Origin: a virus
Lineage: Duplodnaviria > Heunggongvirae > Uroviricota > Caudoviricetes
IMG/VR virus record: IMGVR_UViG_3300008255_000105
Reading direction: 5' to 3' (one strand)
DNA: 64,000 nt
A program made the translations under genes and the position numbers. Of the stretch, positions 30,737 to 39,929 are shown piece after piece. The notes under the pieces were generated by a model that was not told the DNA's origin, searched no databases, and saw only the letters and a program-made list of their open reading frames with translations. Each line of letters starts with the position of its first letter. Position 1 is the stretch's first letter.

Positions 30737-31477
30737 ATGCCTAATATTGACAAAAATTTTATTGTGGAAATTCTTAAATATGCAGAAAAATATGAGAAAG
30801 ATGGGAATGTAATATTTTCTGACATACTTGATTCTGTAGCTGAAACTCTAGCAACTATTTCTAATCCATCAAAAATTAAACGTTTTTCACAAACTGACCA
30901 ACAAGTAATTCCTAATCAAAAACTTGAAATATCAGAACCAATTTCTTTTAATGGAAGAGAGAATTCTGATTTTGATCAAGCTTTTAATCTTCTAGAAAAA
31001 GCAATAGAAATAGTTCTTCCATATAAAGGCATTCCACAACTTCAACAACCTATTGCTAATTTGTTCAATTCTGTTCAAATGATGGGATGGGCTATTGGTG
31101 GGAATCCTTTAATGAAACAAGATTCAAAATGGGCTCAAGAAATGATTGCAGCGGGACGTGGCCCAGAAGTTTTCCAATTTATCAGTCAATTAGATAACCC
31201 CGACGAACAAACAAGGAATGAAATTGTTGAAAACGGATATATCCCTGGGAAAAGTCTTTCAGATATTATTGATGATACTACCCAACAAAATGTCCCCGAA
31301 AAAGAAAAACCATTAGCACCAAAAGAAGCAGAGAATAAAACTATTAAAAAACTTGCAGAAGCGAACCCAAAATTTGAAGATCTTGATGGTAAAACAAAAG
31401 TAGCATTTATTTCAAATTATGGTTTAATGATTTTAAACAAAAATCTGTATCTGAAACTACAAGATTTTTGCAACTAG
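30737..31477 (+). CDS. hypothetical protein (246 aa)
   Basis: ORF with AGGAG upstream. Confidence 0.5.
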   Translation: MPNIDKNFIVEILKYAEKYEKDGNVIFSDILDSVAETLATISNPSKIKRFSQTDQQVIPNQKLEISEPISFNGRENSDFDQAFNLLEKAIEIVLPYKGIPQLQQPIANLFNSVQMMGWAIGGNPLMKQDSKWAQEMIAAGRGPEVFQFISQLDNPDEQTRNEIVENGYIPGKSLSDIIDDTTQQNVPEKEKPLAPKEAENKTIKKLAEANPKFEDLDGKTKVAFISNYGLMILNKNLYLKLQDFCN

Positions 31478-31543
31478 ATTGGAAAGCAACACACAGGCAA
31501 AATTGCTTTGCCTGTGTGTTGCTTTCCAATTCTTTTCAGTCTC

Positions 31544-32455
31544 TTATTTTTCTGCTTTTTTCGACTTGCTGCTGGTTTCTTCTGCGGCCGGAAGATTGAG
31601 AATCATCCCGTTCCCAGAGCCAACGACCAAGGGTTGTGCCCCATCCCAAGCATCAATCGTAAGATACTTCAAAAGACTTGGAGTCAAAGATTCGTTGATA
31701 ATTCTATTCGATTCTGCTTGTGCTCGGGCGATTTCCAGCTTCGATTCGGCCTCGCCCTTTGCTTTCGCAATTGCCTGATCAGCTTGTGCCTTAATCTCCT
31801 TGACCTTTTGCTCCGCTTTACTGGCCTCCTGGCTGGCTTCGATCACAGCGTTGATCGAGTTTACAACCCTTTCGTCAGGCCGAGGAGCGGTCATAAAGCT
31901 AACGTTGTTGAAAATAAATCCACTTGGGCCAAGTTCCGATTCCAAATATTCCTTAACTTCATCAAGCAATGCACCCTTCTTTTCACCGAAAATTTCAATC
32001 GCTGAATACTTCGAGGCACAACGATTGAATCCATCCCTGACTCTGTCACGGACAGTGTTGTCAGAAAGTTCTTCAATCGTCGTCCAACGATATTTGCTGT
32101 AAATATCAGGGGCTTTTGCCGGATCAATTTGATATTCAATACTCACATCAGCATTGAAATTTGCACCTTCGCTGGACGAAAAATCGAAAGAATCATCGTT
32201 CTTGCTACCCTCTGTGGGGTTTTTCGTCCATTTCTCTGATTGACGATAAATTGGGAAAACAATAATTTCTGTTGTGGGCATGAAATAGAAATGGTATCCA
32301 ACGCCCAACGGAGTCGGGTGGACGCCAGCAGAGCTACCTGTTTTTTTGACTTCAACCCCGACATGTTGCGGTGGGACCTTCGCACACCCCGAAGCAAAAA
32401 TTGACACAAAAATCATAATCGAAACTGCCACTGCGGTTCTTTTGGAGAACATCAT
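31544..32455 (-). CDS. SPFH/band-7 (prohibitin/HflK-like) lipoprotein
   Basis: signal peptide plus lipobox FASGC; SPFH-like core; coiled-coil Ala/Lys/Glu tail. Confidence 0.7.
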   Translation of the reverse strand: MMFSKRTAVAVSIMIFVSIFASGCAKVPPQHVGVEVKKTGSSAGVHPTPLGVGYHFYFMPTTEIIVFPIYRQSEKWTKNPTEGSKNDDSFDFSSSEGANFNADVSIEYQIDPAKAPDIYSKYRWTTIEELSDNTVRDRVRDGFNRCASKYSAIEIFGEKKGALLDEVKEYLESELGPSGFIFNNVSFMTAPRPDERVVNSINAVIEASQEASKAEQKVKEIKAQADQAIAKAKGEAESKLEIARAQAESNRIINESLTPSLLKYLTIDAWDGAQPLVVGSGNGMILNLPAAEETSSKSKKAEK

Positions 32456-32727
32456 TCACCTTCTTTCGGTTCGGTTGCCGCTTTGATTTCAGCAGGAGGT
32501 TGTTCGGCTTCAACGGTTGGTTTCCAAATTCCAGCGATTTTATTAACACCAATAAGCACAAGGATCAAATCTATACCGAGGACAAGGATCCCATTAATTA
32601 CATATAAATCATTTCTTTTGTTCAAGAGAAAAATTCCAATAATTGCAATAATTGAGACAGCAATTAACCCTAAAATTGAATAGAAAATTGTTTTCGAAAT
32701 TTTCATCAGCATCTCGTCACTCATCAT
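32452..32727 (-). CDS. small membrane protein (NfeD-like partner of the SPFH protein?), start at ATG 32727
   Basis: two TM helices; 4-nt overlap with the SPFH gene; AAGGA SD 9 nt upstream of 32727. Confidence 0.45.
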   Translation of the reverse strand: MMSDEMLMKISKTIFYSILGLIAVSIIAIIGIFLLNKRNDLYVINGILVLGIDLILVLIGVNKIAGIWKPTVEAEQPPAEIKAATEPKEGE

Positions 32728-32745
32728 CGCTTTCTGTCCTTTCCC

Positions 32746-32802
32746 CAAACAAAAAAACGAGAGGCTGAACCAACCAGGGCCATTGGTCGATTCAGCCTCT
32801 CG
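32746..32802 (-). terminator. strong intrinsic terminator (minus strand)
   Basis: 12-bp stem cgagaggctgaa/ttcagcctctcg followed on the minus strand by UUUUUUUGUUU. Confidence 0.55.
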
Positions 32803-33134
32803 TATCTTGCTTTTTGGCGCTTGTTAGCACCTTTTCGGCCAACCCAAGCCGGTTCCATAATCCGCAAGAGATCATGGCTCATTGTGCCACCCAGGCCGAA
32901 ATGGAGATCACCGATTGCCGGTTTCTTCGAAATGATCATCAACAGCTTTTCAGCCGGATAGGCCCATTTCGACTTCACCAAGAATCTCCCTCACAAATCG
33001 GCTTACCTTTTTGTGGCACCTTCCACGATACCTCGAACCGGAGAGGCGGATGGTCCTCTCCGGCCCGAGGCACTCTGCGTCAACACACCTAGAGTATATC
33101 ACCCCAGCGACCAGTGTCAAACTAGGTGGCCTCT
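32803..33134 (-). ncRNA. GC-rich structured RNA candidate (~330 nt), unclassified
   Basis: ~52% GC island with no convincing ORF; many GC hairpins; TAGAAT -10 near 33142-33147; ends at the terminator above. Confidence 0.3.
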
Positions 33135-33413
33135 GGAAGAAATTCTATCTTTTCTAATAAATCGTTATTGGGAAGCCACTCATCAAACCAATTAAGATAT
33201 TCATCTAATCGTTCTTTTGAAAGATTCAATCTCATACCATGATCACGATCAAGAGAGATTAAGCAACATAACAATTTTTCTAAAAAATCTATGGAAATAG
33301 ACAACCACCATTTTCTACCGAATGAAGAAAAAAGAATCGAGCCGCTGCTGGCCCTATAAAAATAACCACATTGAGTAGGATAATCTTCTCCAATCGGGAC
33401 AAAAAGAATCAAA
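33122..33413 (-). pseudogene. 3' fragment of a host gene interrupted by the IS607-like element
   Basis: an ORF continues in-frame from the IS right-end boundary (codon at 33412-33410) for ~96 aa. Confidence 0.35.
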
Positions 33414-33437
33414 CCGTTCCTTAAAATCTGCGGAAAT

Positions 33438-34628
33438 CTAAGCATTTGACAATGCTCCAAATATCCGCAAACTCACTGGTTTGAAACCGGCACCGTAAGG
33501 TCCGGTGAAAAATCGATTCAAAATATTCCTCCCTGCATTTGTATCTGCGTTGCCTTTATGACCACAACCAAGGCACAGGAATATCTCTCCATTCCGATTC
33601 TTCTTATCAGCATGACCACATTCAGGGCAAGTGATACTGGTATTATAACACGGAACGGTTCGGAAGGAAACACGGTTTTCTTCACACCCCATTTGAACCC
33701 GGTTCAACCAATATCGCCACACCCACGAGCCAATAACTCGACGCATATTTTTGGAAAGGCGTCGTCTTTCCTTTGTCTTGTGATTCAAATTGCTAAGCTT
33801 CTCCACAACCACAAGATCAATCTTTTCATTAGAAACTATTTGCTTCGCAACCTCATCCATTTGTTGCTTCAATGCCCTTCTGGCTCGCTTTTGTCCTTTA
33901 GAACCATGTTGGCAACGATTGATGCGATTAACGCAACCTTTTATATCTCTGCCCAACTGCTCGCCGTTGGAAAAAGAAGCTAAAGCATTGATACCAGAAT
34001 CAATCCCTATGGCATTTTTGCCTTGCTTCTTTTCACCAGTTTCAATTTCAAAGCAAAATTGAACAGAATCTTTTGTTATGATATAGGAATTAAGTCTTTT
34101 TCCCAAGTTGTCCCATTTATTGAAATGCTTATGGAAACGAATTGGCAGGTTCATCACGATCTTATTTCCTATTGAAGCTAGATGAAGCCAAGCATCGAAT
34201 TCATTAGTTTTAGACATTTGAAGATCAGCAATAGTGCAACTGACATTCATTCTATTGCCTTTGTGCTTTGGCTTCACGGCTATCAATGACTCTGCTTTCT
34301 GTCTCAATTGGTTCGCCTTTGTTGCGCTTTTAGCTTTTTCTGCTTTGGCAAGAAGCCTCTTCTTTTCGTTGTTGGTTTTTTCTTGGGAAGCCTTGATCAT
34401 GTCAATTGCTTCTCTGGCACAAACCTTTCTAAGTCTAGCTGAAAGCCAAGAATCAGGAGCGTTCACGATGTCTTTTAACAATTCTGCTTTGGTTGGGCAT
34501 TGCTCCCAGAAGGAATCGATGAACAGGTTGCAAACTCTTCCGTATTCGGTCAACACAGCACCAAGCTCCAGCCTCTTTGCGGAGGTTGAAAACTTGAGGC
34601 TGCACTGTGCTGACCGAATAATTTTCAT
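33438..34628 (-). CDS. tnpB: TnpB (RuvC-like nuclease), 396 aa
   Basis: same motifs as copy 1; C-terminal third nearly identical. Confidence 0.85.
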   Translation of the reverse strand: MKIIRSAQCSLKFSTSAKRLELGAVLTEYGRVCNLFIDSFWEQCPTKAELLKDIVNAPDSWLSARLRKVCAREAIDMIKASQEKTNNEKKRLLAKAEKAKSATKANQLRQKAESLIAVKPKHKGNRMNVSCTIADLQMSKTNEFDAWLHLASIGNKIVMNLPIRFHKHFNKWDNLGKRLNSYIITKDSVQFCFEIETGEKKQGKNAIGIDSGINALASFSNGEQLGRDIKGCVNRINRCQHGSKGQKRARRALKQQMDEVAKQIVSNEKIDLVVVEKLSNLNHKTKERRRLSKNMRRVIGSWVWRYWLNRVQMGCEENRVSFRTVPCYNTSITCPECGHADKKNRNGEIFLCLGCGHKGNADTNAGRNILNRFFTGPYGAGFKPVSLRIFGALSNA

Positions 34629-34629
34629 A

Positions 34630-34917
34630 TCAGTGGACCATCCCTTGCGTATCTATGGTAATTTTCTTTTCTCTCACACTATCTAATATAATAGGATATG
34701 GCCTTGATTCAGTAAAAACCTCTTCTCCAATAAGACCGGCTGTATATTCTCCAGATTCCAATGCTAATTGTTTATCATCTTTAACCCACCAATCCATTAC
34801 TTGCTGTTCTTCACCTTCACCAGAAGAAGCAACCTCTGATAATTCGAATTCTATATTCAATTCATAGTCATGTCCATCAATGTTTAGTTTGTGTTCAGTT
34901 TCATATTTAGTTGTCAT
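34630..34917 (-). CDS. small acidic protein (95 aa) between the helicase and tnpB
   Basis: ORF abutting tnpB. Confidence 0.45.
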   Translation of the reverse strand: MTTKYETEHKLNIDGHDYELNIEFELSEVASSGEGEEQQVMDWWVKDDKQLALESGEYTAGLIGEEVFTESRPYPIILDSVREKKITIDTQGMVH

Positions 34918-34929
34918 AATTTTTCTCCT

Positions 34930-36447
34930 TTACAGGTACATAACAGTTTTCTTGAGCTTGCCTAGTTCAATAACATTCTCTATAGGTTCGAACCAAAAAT
35001 ACTTTCCCTCCCAATCCGGCTGCCTTTGAATAAGTGAATTCCAACTATCAATGTGATTTGAATTTGGGCCGTCACAAAAAGTAAGTCTTTCTTTTCCAGC
35101 GAAGGCGCTTTCTCTCGGATTCCTATCCAATAGGGCCTTTGCCCTATCAATCCCCTTTTCACCAGATACCGTATTCGTAGCAACGCTCTTCTTTATTATT
35201 TCCTCTGGAATATCCTCATACTTATCAAACACAATCATCTTGTATTGTCTTTTAATTTTGCTTTGAGAATTCCATCTCCCACCAGGGATTATGGTGAATT
35301 CTCCATCAAAGAATCCGATGATATTATCCACCAATTTAGTGCTTGAGATATAAATCGGGAACACGTCGTCTTGTTTCCTGTGTCCTGATTTACAAGGAAA
35401 GCCTAAATATCTACCGATGGACTGATATAAAGAATCATCGGTTTTATAAGCATCAATATGCATACGAATATGCATAGTCTCATTTAGTGTCTTTCCTGCT
35501 CTCATTGCGCCTTTGATTATAATAATAGAAGGCTTTTTGGGTTGCTCTGATAAAGCACCATCTAACTGACTAATTTCGTAATCTCCATCAATAGAGTATT
35601 CCCTAAACCAAATATTGGGATAGTTTTGCCCCAAATATCTTTCTATAACGAAGGGGGCTTGCCCCTGTGTCCTAATCACAAGATGACCGTTTCCATTCTT
35701 GTTGCAAAGACCAATGAATTCGTCTAGTCTTTCTTTAAAGAATGGAGTGACACAAGACTTCCTATCATCGGCCACTTTTGTTTCATGAACGACTACAAAT
35801 CTCCCATCATTCTTTGCGTCTTCGATTGAATAATAATTATCACTCAATTCCAATTGGATACAAGAAAATGAATTCTCTCTTATTTTTGACTGAAGGACAG
35901 ATGCAAATGGGGTAGCTGACAGAGAAAGAACATAGTTATGACCATTATTCCAATCAGAAATAGGCATACCATATTCTATGCCCAATTTATCAAACAGCAC
36001 ATTAAGTGGACGACTATTGCCTAGAGCCTGATGGCATTCGTCAAGGAAGATTAGCCTTCTATCTACCGTTAGATCTATTTTATCGGGGATCGCATATTCT
36101 GCCCCGCTTTTCTTAGTAAAATCTGCGAGATGGAAAACTTTAACCCGACAAGAAGCATTAGGCTCGTAGATACCAGCGTTCTGTAACCTTCGTTGCTGTT
36201 GTATTTTGAGTTCATTATCGGAAATATGAAGGATAAACAATATTTCGTAAGTTAGTCCTTCTTTCTCCCATTCATCTTTCATCATTTTAGCGACAAAGGT
36301 AGCCACTCCAGTTTTCCCCTGTTGGGTTTGAGCAATTAGCAATGGCGGGCCTTCATGCTTGGCAAATTCTTCTATAACCTCTTCTCCTGCTTTAATTTGT
36401 TCATAGTAAATAACTTCATCTCCAATTTTCATTTCAGATAGGCTCAT
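34930..36447 (-). CDS. SF2 DExH (DECH-box) helicase-like protein, 505 aa, IS cargo
   Basis: Walker A AQTQQGKTG, motif II LIFLDECHQA, motif III SLSATP, motif VI-like QSIGRYLG. Confidence 0.65.
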   Translation of the reverse strand: MSLSEMKIGDEVIYYEQIKAGEEVIEEFAKHEGPPLLIAQTQQGKTGVATFVAKMMKDEWEKEGLTYEILFILHISDNELKIQQQRRLQNAGIYEPNASCRVKVFHLADFTKKSGAEYAIPDKIDLTVDRRLIFLDECHQALGNSRPLNVLFDKLGIEYGMPISDWNNGHNYVLSLSATPFASVLQSKIRENSFSCIQLELSDNYYSIEDAKNDGRFVVVHETKVADDRKSCVTPFFKERLDEFIGLCNKNGNGHLVIRTQGQAPFVIERYLGQNYPNIWFREYSIDGDYEISQLDGALSEQPKKPSIIIIKGAMRAGKTLNETMHIRMHIDAYKTDDSLYQSIGRYLGFPCKSGHRKQDDVFPIYISSTKLVDNIIGFFDGEFTIIPGGRWNSQSKIKRQYKMIVFDKYEDIPEEIIKKSVATNTVSGEKGIDRAKALLDRNPRESAFAGKERLTFCDGPNSNHIDSWNSLIQRQPDWEGKYFWFEPIENVIELGKLKKTVMYL

Positions 36448-37084
36448 TGTTTTCTTCCTTTTCTTTTTCAGCTTTACGCTTTTTCCTATTATCAGCAGAC
36501 CGTTTTCCGTAAATTTTATTTGAAAAAGATGCCATCAGCGAAAGAATGTCTTCCACTAACTCTTCTTCATAACTCTTTCCAAGTATTTCTTCAACCCATT
36601 CAATCTCGACACCGTGGCTTCGGAAGAATTTCACAAGAAACTCAAACATAAATCGGCACAACCGATCACGATGTTCAATGATAACCTTGTCAATCTCACC
36701 TTCTTCAGCCAGTTTGAGAAGCCGGTTCAATTTTGGGCGATCATCCGACATTCCAGAAGCAACCTCTTCAAAAGTTGCCACGACGAAATATTTTTTATCA
36801 ACACAATATTTTGACAATCTTCCCGATTGTCTCCCTAAGTCGCCTTTTGTTTTTTGTTCTTGCGATGATACTCTAGCATATACCGCTACTCTGATAGTAT
36901 CTCTAGTTTTCTCTGCCTCTTCGCCAATAAAAGCCTGAATATCTGATATTTTGTATCGCCTGTGACCACCGGGGGTTTTCATCGGGACAAGAGTTCCTGA
37001 CTTGTCCCATTGGCGCAAGGTATCTATATTGACTCCAAGGATTTGTGAGGCTTCTCCTATGCTAACTAACTTCTGTTGCGCCAT
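36434..37084 (-). CDS. tnpA: IS607-type TnpA: MerR-like HTH + serine recombinase
   Basis: N-terminal VSIGEASQILGVNIDTLRQWDKSG (MerR HTH); catalytic VAVYARVSSQEQ; 14-nt overlap with the helicase gene. Confidence 0.8.
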   Translation of the reverse strand: MAQQKLVSIGEASQILGVNIDTLRQWDKSGTLVPMKTPGGHRRYKISDIQAFIGEEAEKTRDTIRVAVYARVSSQEQKTKGDLGRQSGRLSKYCVDKKYFVVATFEEVASGMSDDRPKLNRLLKLAEEGEIDKVIIEHRDRLCRFMFEFLVKFFRSHGVEIEWVEEILGKSYEEELVEDILSLMASFSNKIYGKRSADNRKKRKAEKEKEENNEPI

Positions 37085-37414
37085 CTATAAGTTCTTTCTC
37101 CTTGAAGGTGTAATACCATTGATCATAGATTCTTTGGAATTCTTCAATCTCAGGAAGTTCATCTTCGGCAAATGGCAACGGATGCGGAAAGACCGATCCG
37201 TTATCAAGTTCGAATTCAGTTGTTGTAAGTCTAACAACAGTATGCTTTGTAATCATTTTGTCCATACCTTCCTATTCGCAGTTTTCTAACAGATTCCTGC
37301 ATATTTTTAAGATTTCCTGAGATTTATTTTGAGGACAGATTTTGCAATGCTCGTTAGAGCATCTTATTTACCCATATATCCATAGATTTCCGCAGATTTA
37401 GTGCCAACTGTTAT

Positions 37415-37674
37415 CTACCCTTTTGGAGCGCAATCAAAGATCCTGCTATTTCTTCATAAACAACACCCAATCTTGTGTTTCCTAAAAGAAACTTTTGGGA
37501 TAAAACCATAGCCATATGTTTATCGTCGATATTAAGACCTTTTGCTTTAAGTAATTCTTGGAATTTTACCCTAATTTGATACAAATCATGCCTATTTTCA
37601 GATAAAAACTTCAAAACATCTTTCACCCCCTGGCCCTCTTCCTCTGACATGGCTCTAGACCTTCCTGAAATCAA
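37415..37674 (-). pseudogene. 5' fragment of a host gene interrupted by the IS607-like element
   Basis: the ORF stop codon is created by the IS terminal sequence (ctgttat gives TAA on the minus strand). Confidence 0.35.
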
Positions 37675-37786
37675 TTCACAATTGAAATTTCAGAATTCGA
37701 GTACCCAGACCAAAAAGATCTAGATTGAAGAGTTTGAATAGCCCTTGCTGAAAGTAAAGAAATGATCAAGATCAAAATTACCTTTT

Positions 37787-38053
37787 TCATTTCTTTTTCT
37801 CCGATTCAATCTTTTCTTTCAATGAACCTAATGCCAATGGGATTGTGCCTCTTTTTTCAGAGTTAAAATCTACACCAAAAATAGTATGTTTGAAAGCTTC
37901 AAAACTATCACCATCTTTAGTGATTTCAATTAAATATCCTTCGGATCTTGTTGGTCTGCAAATAAAAGAGTTTCCATCATCTGATGACGAAACATTAAAT
38001 TCTTCACCTAAAAACCCCCTGACTAATTCACTGATCTGTTCACATTGTCCCAT
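37787..38053 (-). CDS. hypothetical small protein (88 aa)
   Basis: ORF. Confidence 0.4.
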   Translation of the reverse strand: MGQCEQISELVRGFLGEEFNVSSSDDGNSFICRPTRSEGYLIEITKDGDSFEAFKHTIFGVDFNSEKRGTIPLALGSLKEKIESEKKK

Positions 38054-38085
38054 GTCTTAACTCCTTTTGTGGTTTTTTCGAAACA

Positions 38086-38159
38086 TAGCCAAGGAGAGAC
38101 TCGAACTCTCAATAACACGGTTCTTGGCCATGCTCCTCTACCAATTGGGATACTTGGCC
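38086..38159 (-). tRNA. tRNA with atypical anticodon loop CCAAGAA (apparent anticodon AAG, C33); identity uncertain
   Basis: 7-bp acceptor GGCCAAG/CTTGGCT; canonical T-arm GAGAG-TTCGAGT-CTCTC; anticodon stem CATGG/CCGTG; no encoded CCA. Confidence 0.55.
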
Positions 38160-38167
38160 ATCAGACA

Positions 38168-38686
38168 TTATTCAACTATCCTTAAAAAGTAAATCACATG
38201 CATCTCATCAAAATTTTCACTTTTGAAACCAATCACTTCAAAACCATCATCAACAACATTTTGAATTGCTTCTTGTAATGAAAAATCTGAATATCTAAAA
38301 GTCTTTGTTGCAACTTCTTTTTTGATTCCAGCTAATTTTTCGAATTCTTTAACCGTTTTGAAAATTAGACCCATTCGTTTTTTCAAATTTTTAAACAATT
38401 CTTCAGGGTCTCTTTTCGGTGGATAGGTTTTGATGGGCGGCAATGTTTCACAACAAAGACAAGCAATGTATCCACTCCATTCTTCGTGACTCTCCCATTC
38501 ATCGGAAACAACAATCGCAAAATCTTTCTTTTCTGCGGGTTGAAATTCAACCCTAAATCTTCCAGAACTTTCCAAAAAACTCTCAACAAAATCTTTTGGC
38601 TTAACTACAACCCAAGAATAACCTGGGAAAACTTTGGAAATAGCAGCTAAAAGTTCTTCTATCGCTTTCTCCTTTAGCGACATCAT
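38168..38686 (-). CDS. hypothetical protein (172 aa)
   Basis: ORF. Confidence 0.5.
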   Translation of the reverse strand: MMSLKEKAIEELLAAISKVFPGYSWVVVKPKDFVESFLESSGRFRVEFQPAEKKDFAIVVSDEWESHEEWSGYIACLCCETLPPIKTYPPKRDPEELFKNLKKRMGLIFKTVKEFEKLAGIKKEVATKTFRYSDFSLQEAIQNVVDDGFEVIGFKSENFDEMHVIYFLRIVE

Positions 38687-38815
38687 TGCGCCTCCTTTAG
38701 ATCACTTTTTATTTCATCATTCTCCCGTGAATCTTTAAGTTCCCATTCCATCCCAGGAAATTCTTTTTTGATAGCTTCCATTATTTCTTTTTGTTCATCC
38801 GTCAAAGTTTGGTTC

Positions 38816-39250
38816 TCACTCATAAATCACCTCCGAAACATCGGTCGTGATTTTGATTTCTTCATTAGGAATTACCATAAAACGAAATTGTTTCAGACGA
38901 TTTGCCCATTCTTCAGGAACCTTTGAATATTTGTTAAAAACGGTTTCATCAACATCAGAGACACGAACAATTTCATTGTTTCCAAACAAAGTATCTAATT
39001 GGGCACGGATTTCTTTAAGAGATTTATCAGACAAGATGTATTTGTACAAACTCCCATCCGGCCAAGAATAGCAAGGGAGATGTTCAATTCCTGCTTCTTC
39101 TAAAACTGTTCTTACGATTTCTTTTGCGTCTGAAAGTGCCTTCTGTTCTTTTTCGCTTGGTTCTATCCCACCATGAGGCTCTTGATAATAAAAAGCAATA
39201 GTAAACGAAAGATATTTTTTCCCACAGACATCCGGTGTTGCTTGGCCCAT
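38816..39250 (-). CDS. hypothetical protein (144 aa)
   Basis: ORF. Confidence 0.5.
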   Translation of the reverse strand: MGQATPDVCGKKYLSFTIAFYYQEPHGGIEPSEKEQKALSDAKEIVRTVLEEAGIEHLPCYSWPDGSLYKYILSDKSLKEIRAQLDTLFGNNEIVRVSDVDETVFNKYSKVPEEWANRLKQFRFMVIPNEEIKITTDVSEVIYE

Positions 39251-39252
39251 TT

Positions 39253-39561
39253 TCAGTCCTTTCTCTCAATCCCAAGAAGTTTTAGATCTTCTGGGGACAA
39301 ACCTGCAAGCAATTTCTTTTTTTTGAAATCATCTAAAGAATAACTTGTTTGCGCCAAAATTGATTGAGAAATTTCAGGTGGGGTTATATCTGCTTCCCAA
39401 TCCATAATCTCTTTCCCTGCGAACCAAGCTTTTCTCCAAACACCACCATATTCACTCAGACCATCAAGAACAATAACCACACCAGGAAGTTTTTCTGAAA
39501 CCTTCGCAATATTCTCATAATCCCATGATTTTGTGTTCCCAACTCCGGGGCAATCTGTCAT
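39253..39561 (-). CDS. hypothetical protein (trimmed; the listed N-terminus overlaps tRNA-Glu)
   Basis: internal ATG at 39561; the upstream part of ORF 39253-39864 reads through the tRNA and the GC-rich RNA. Confidence 0.4.
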   Translation of the reverse strand: MTDCPGVGNTKSWDYENIAKVSEKLPGVVIVLDGLSEYGGVWRKAWFAGKEIMDWEADITPPEISQSILAQTSYSLDDFKKKKLLAGLSPEDLKLLGIERKD

Positions 39562-39656
39562 TTTGAAAAACAATTCCTCAACTTCTTTTGTTGCTTCTGT
39601 CGGGACAACAGTTAAGGTGTGCTTAGTGTAATCGCCCACGGGTTTTCTCCTGCTCA

Positions 39657-39728
39657 TAGCCCTGGGGGGAATTGAACCCCTCGTTTTAGCCTTGAAAGGG
39701 CTGCGTTCTACCATTGAACTACAGGGCC
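39657..39728 (-). tRNA. tRNA-Glu (UUC)
   Basis: acceptor GGCCCTG/CAGGGCT; D-arm GTTC-AATGGTA-GAAC; anticodon loop CTTTCAA; T-loop TTCAATT. Confidence 0.8.
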
Positions 39729-39929
39729 TAACCGGGGAGCACCTCACCCCACTGTGTAACAGGCGCATCGCCCAACTCATGCATGGGGGAGTTTCCCCTC
39801 GGCCCGATCTGGTGCCTGCCCGTGGCGGGGCTGAGACAACCCCAGCCCCGCCACGGAGGCTCAACAGGTATGGTAGACCAACCCGGCCGCCAAGTCAACA
39901 ACGAGCCCTCGGGCTCGTTGGGTGTCTTT
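39729..39929 (-). ncRNA. GC-rich structured leader/ncRNA candidate co-transcribed upstream of tRNA-Glu
   Basis: ~65% GC island; 14-bp perfect hairpin ccgtggcggggctg...cagccccgccacgg; GNRA-like hairpins; promoter at 39930-39939. Confidence 0.3.

Larger units (their letters stand above)
33414..37414 (-). mobile_element. IS607-like element with cargo: tnpA (serine recombinase) - SF2 helicase - small ORF - tnpB
   Basis: termini shared with copy 1 (RE 33414-33440, LE 37378-37414); inverted match TAGATTTCCGCAGATTT at both ends; all genes overlap or abut. Confidence 0.6.

Noticed and set aside
32803-33134. Assignment of GC-rich islands to RNase P RNA, tmRNA or SRP RNA
   Set aside because: Only partial motif resemblance (GGAACCGGCUU). 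The conserved CR-I/CR-V, tRNA-like domain and SRP helix-8 motifs could not be found by eye, so it is left as unclassified ncRNA.
39253-39864. 203-aa ORF spanning tRNA-Glu and the GC-rich island
   Set aside because: The N-terminal 100 aa are translated from the tRNA and GC-rich RNA region (Pro/Arg/Gly-rich); trimmed to an internal start.
39865-39895. sigma70-like TTGACT-17nt-TACCAT inside the GC-rich island (minus strand)
   Set aside because: It lies downstream of the better extended -10 promoter and inside a predicted structured region. It could be a secondary promoter but is not supported independently.
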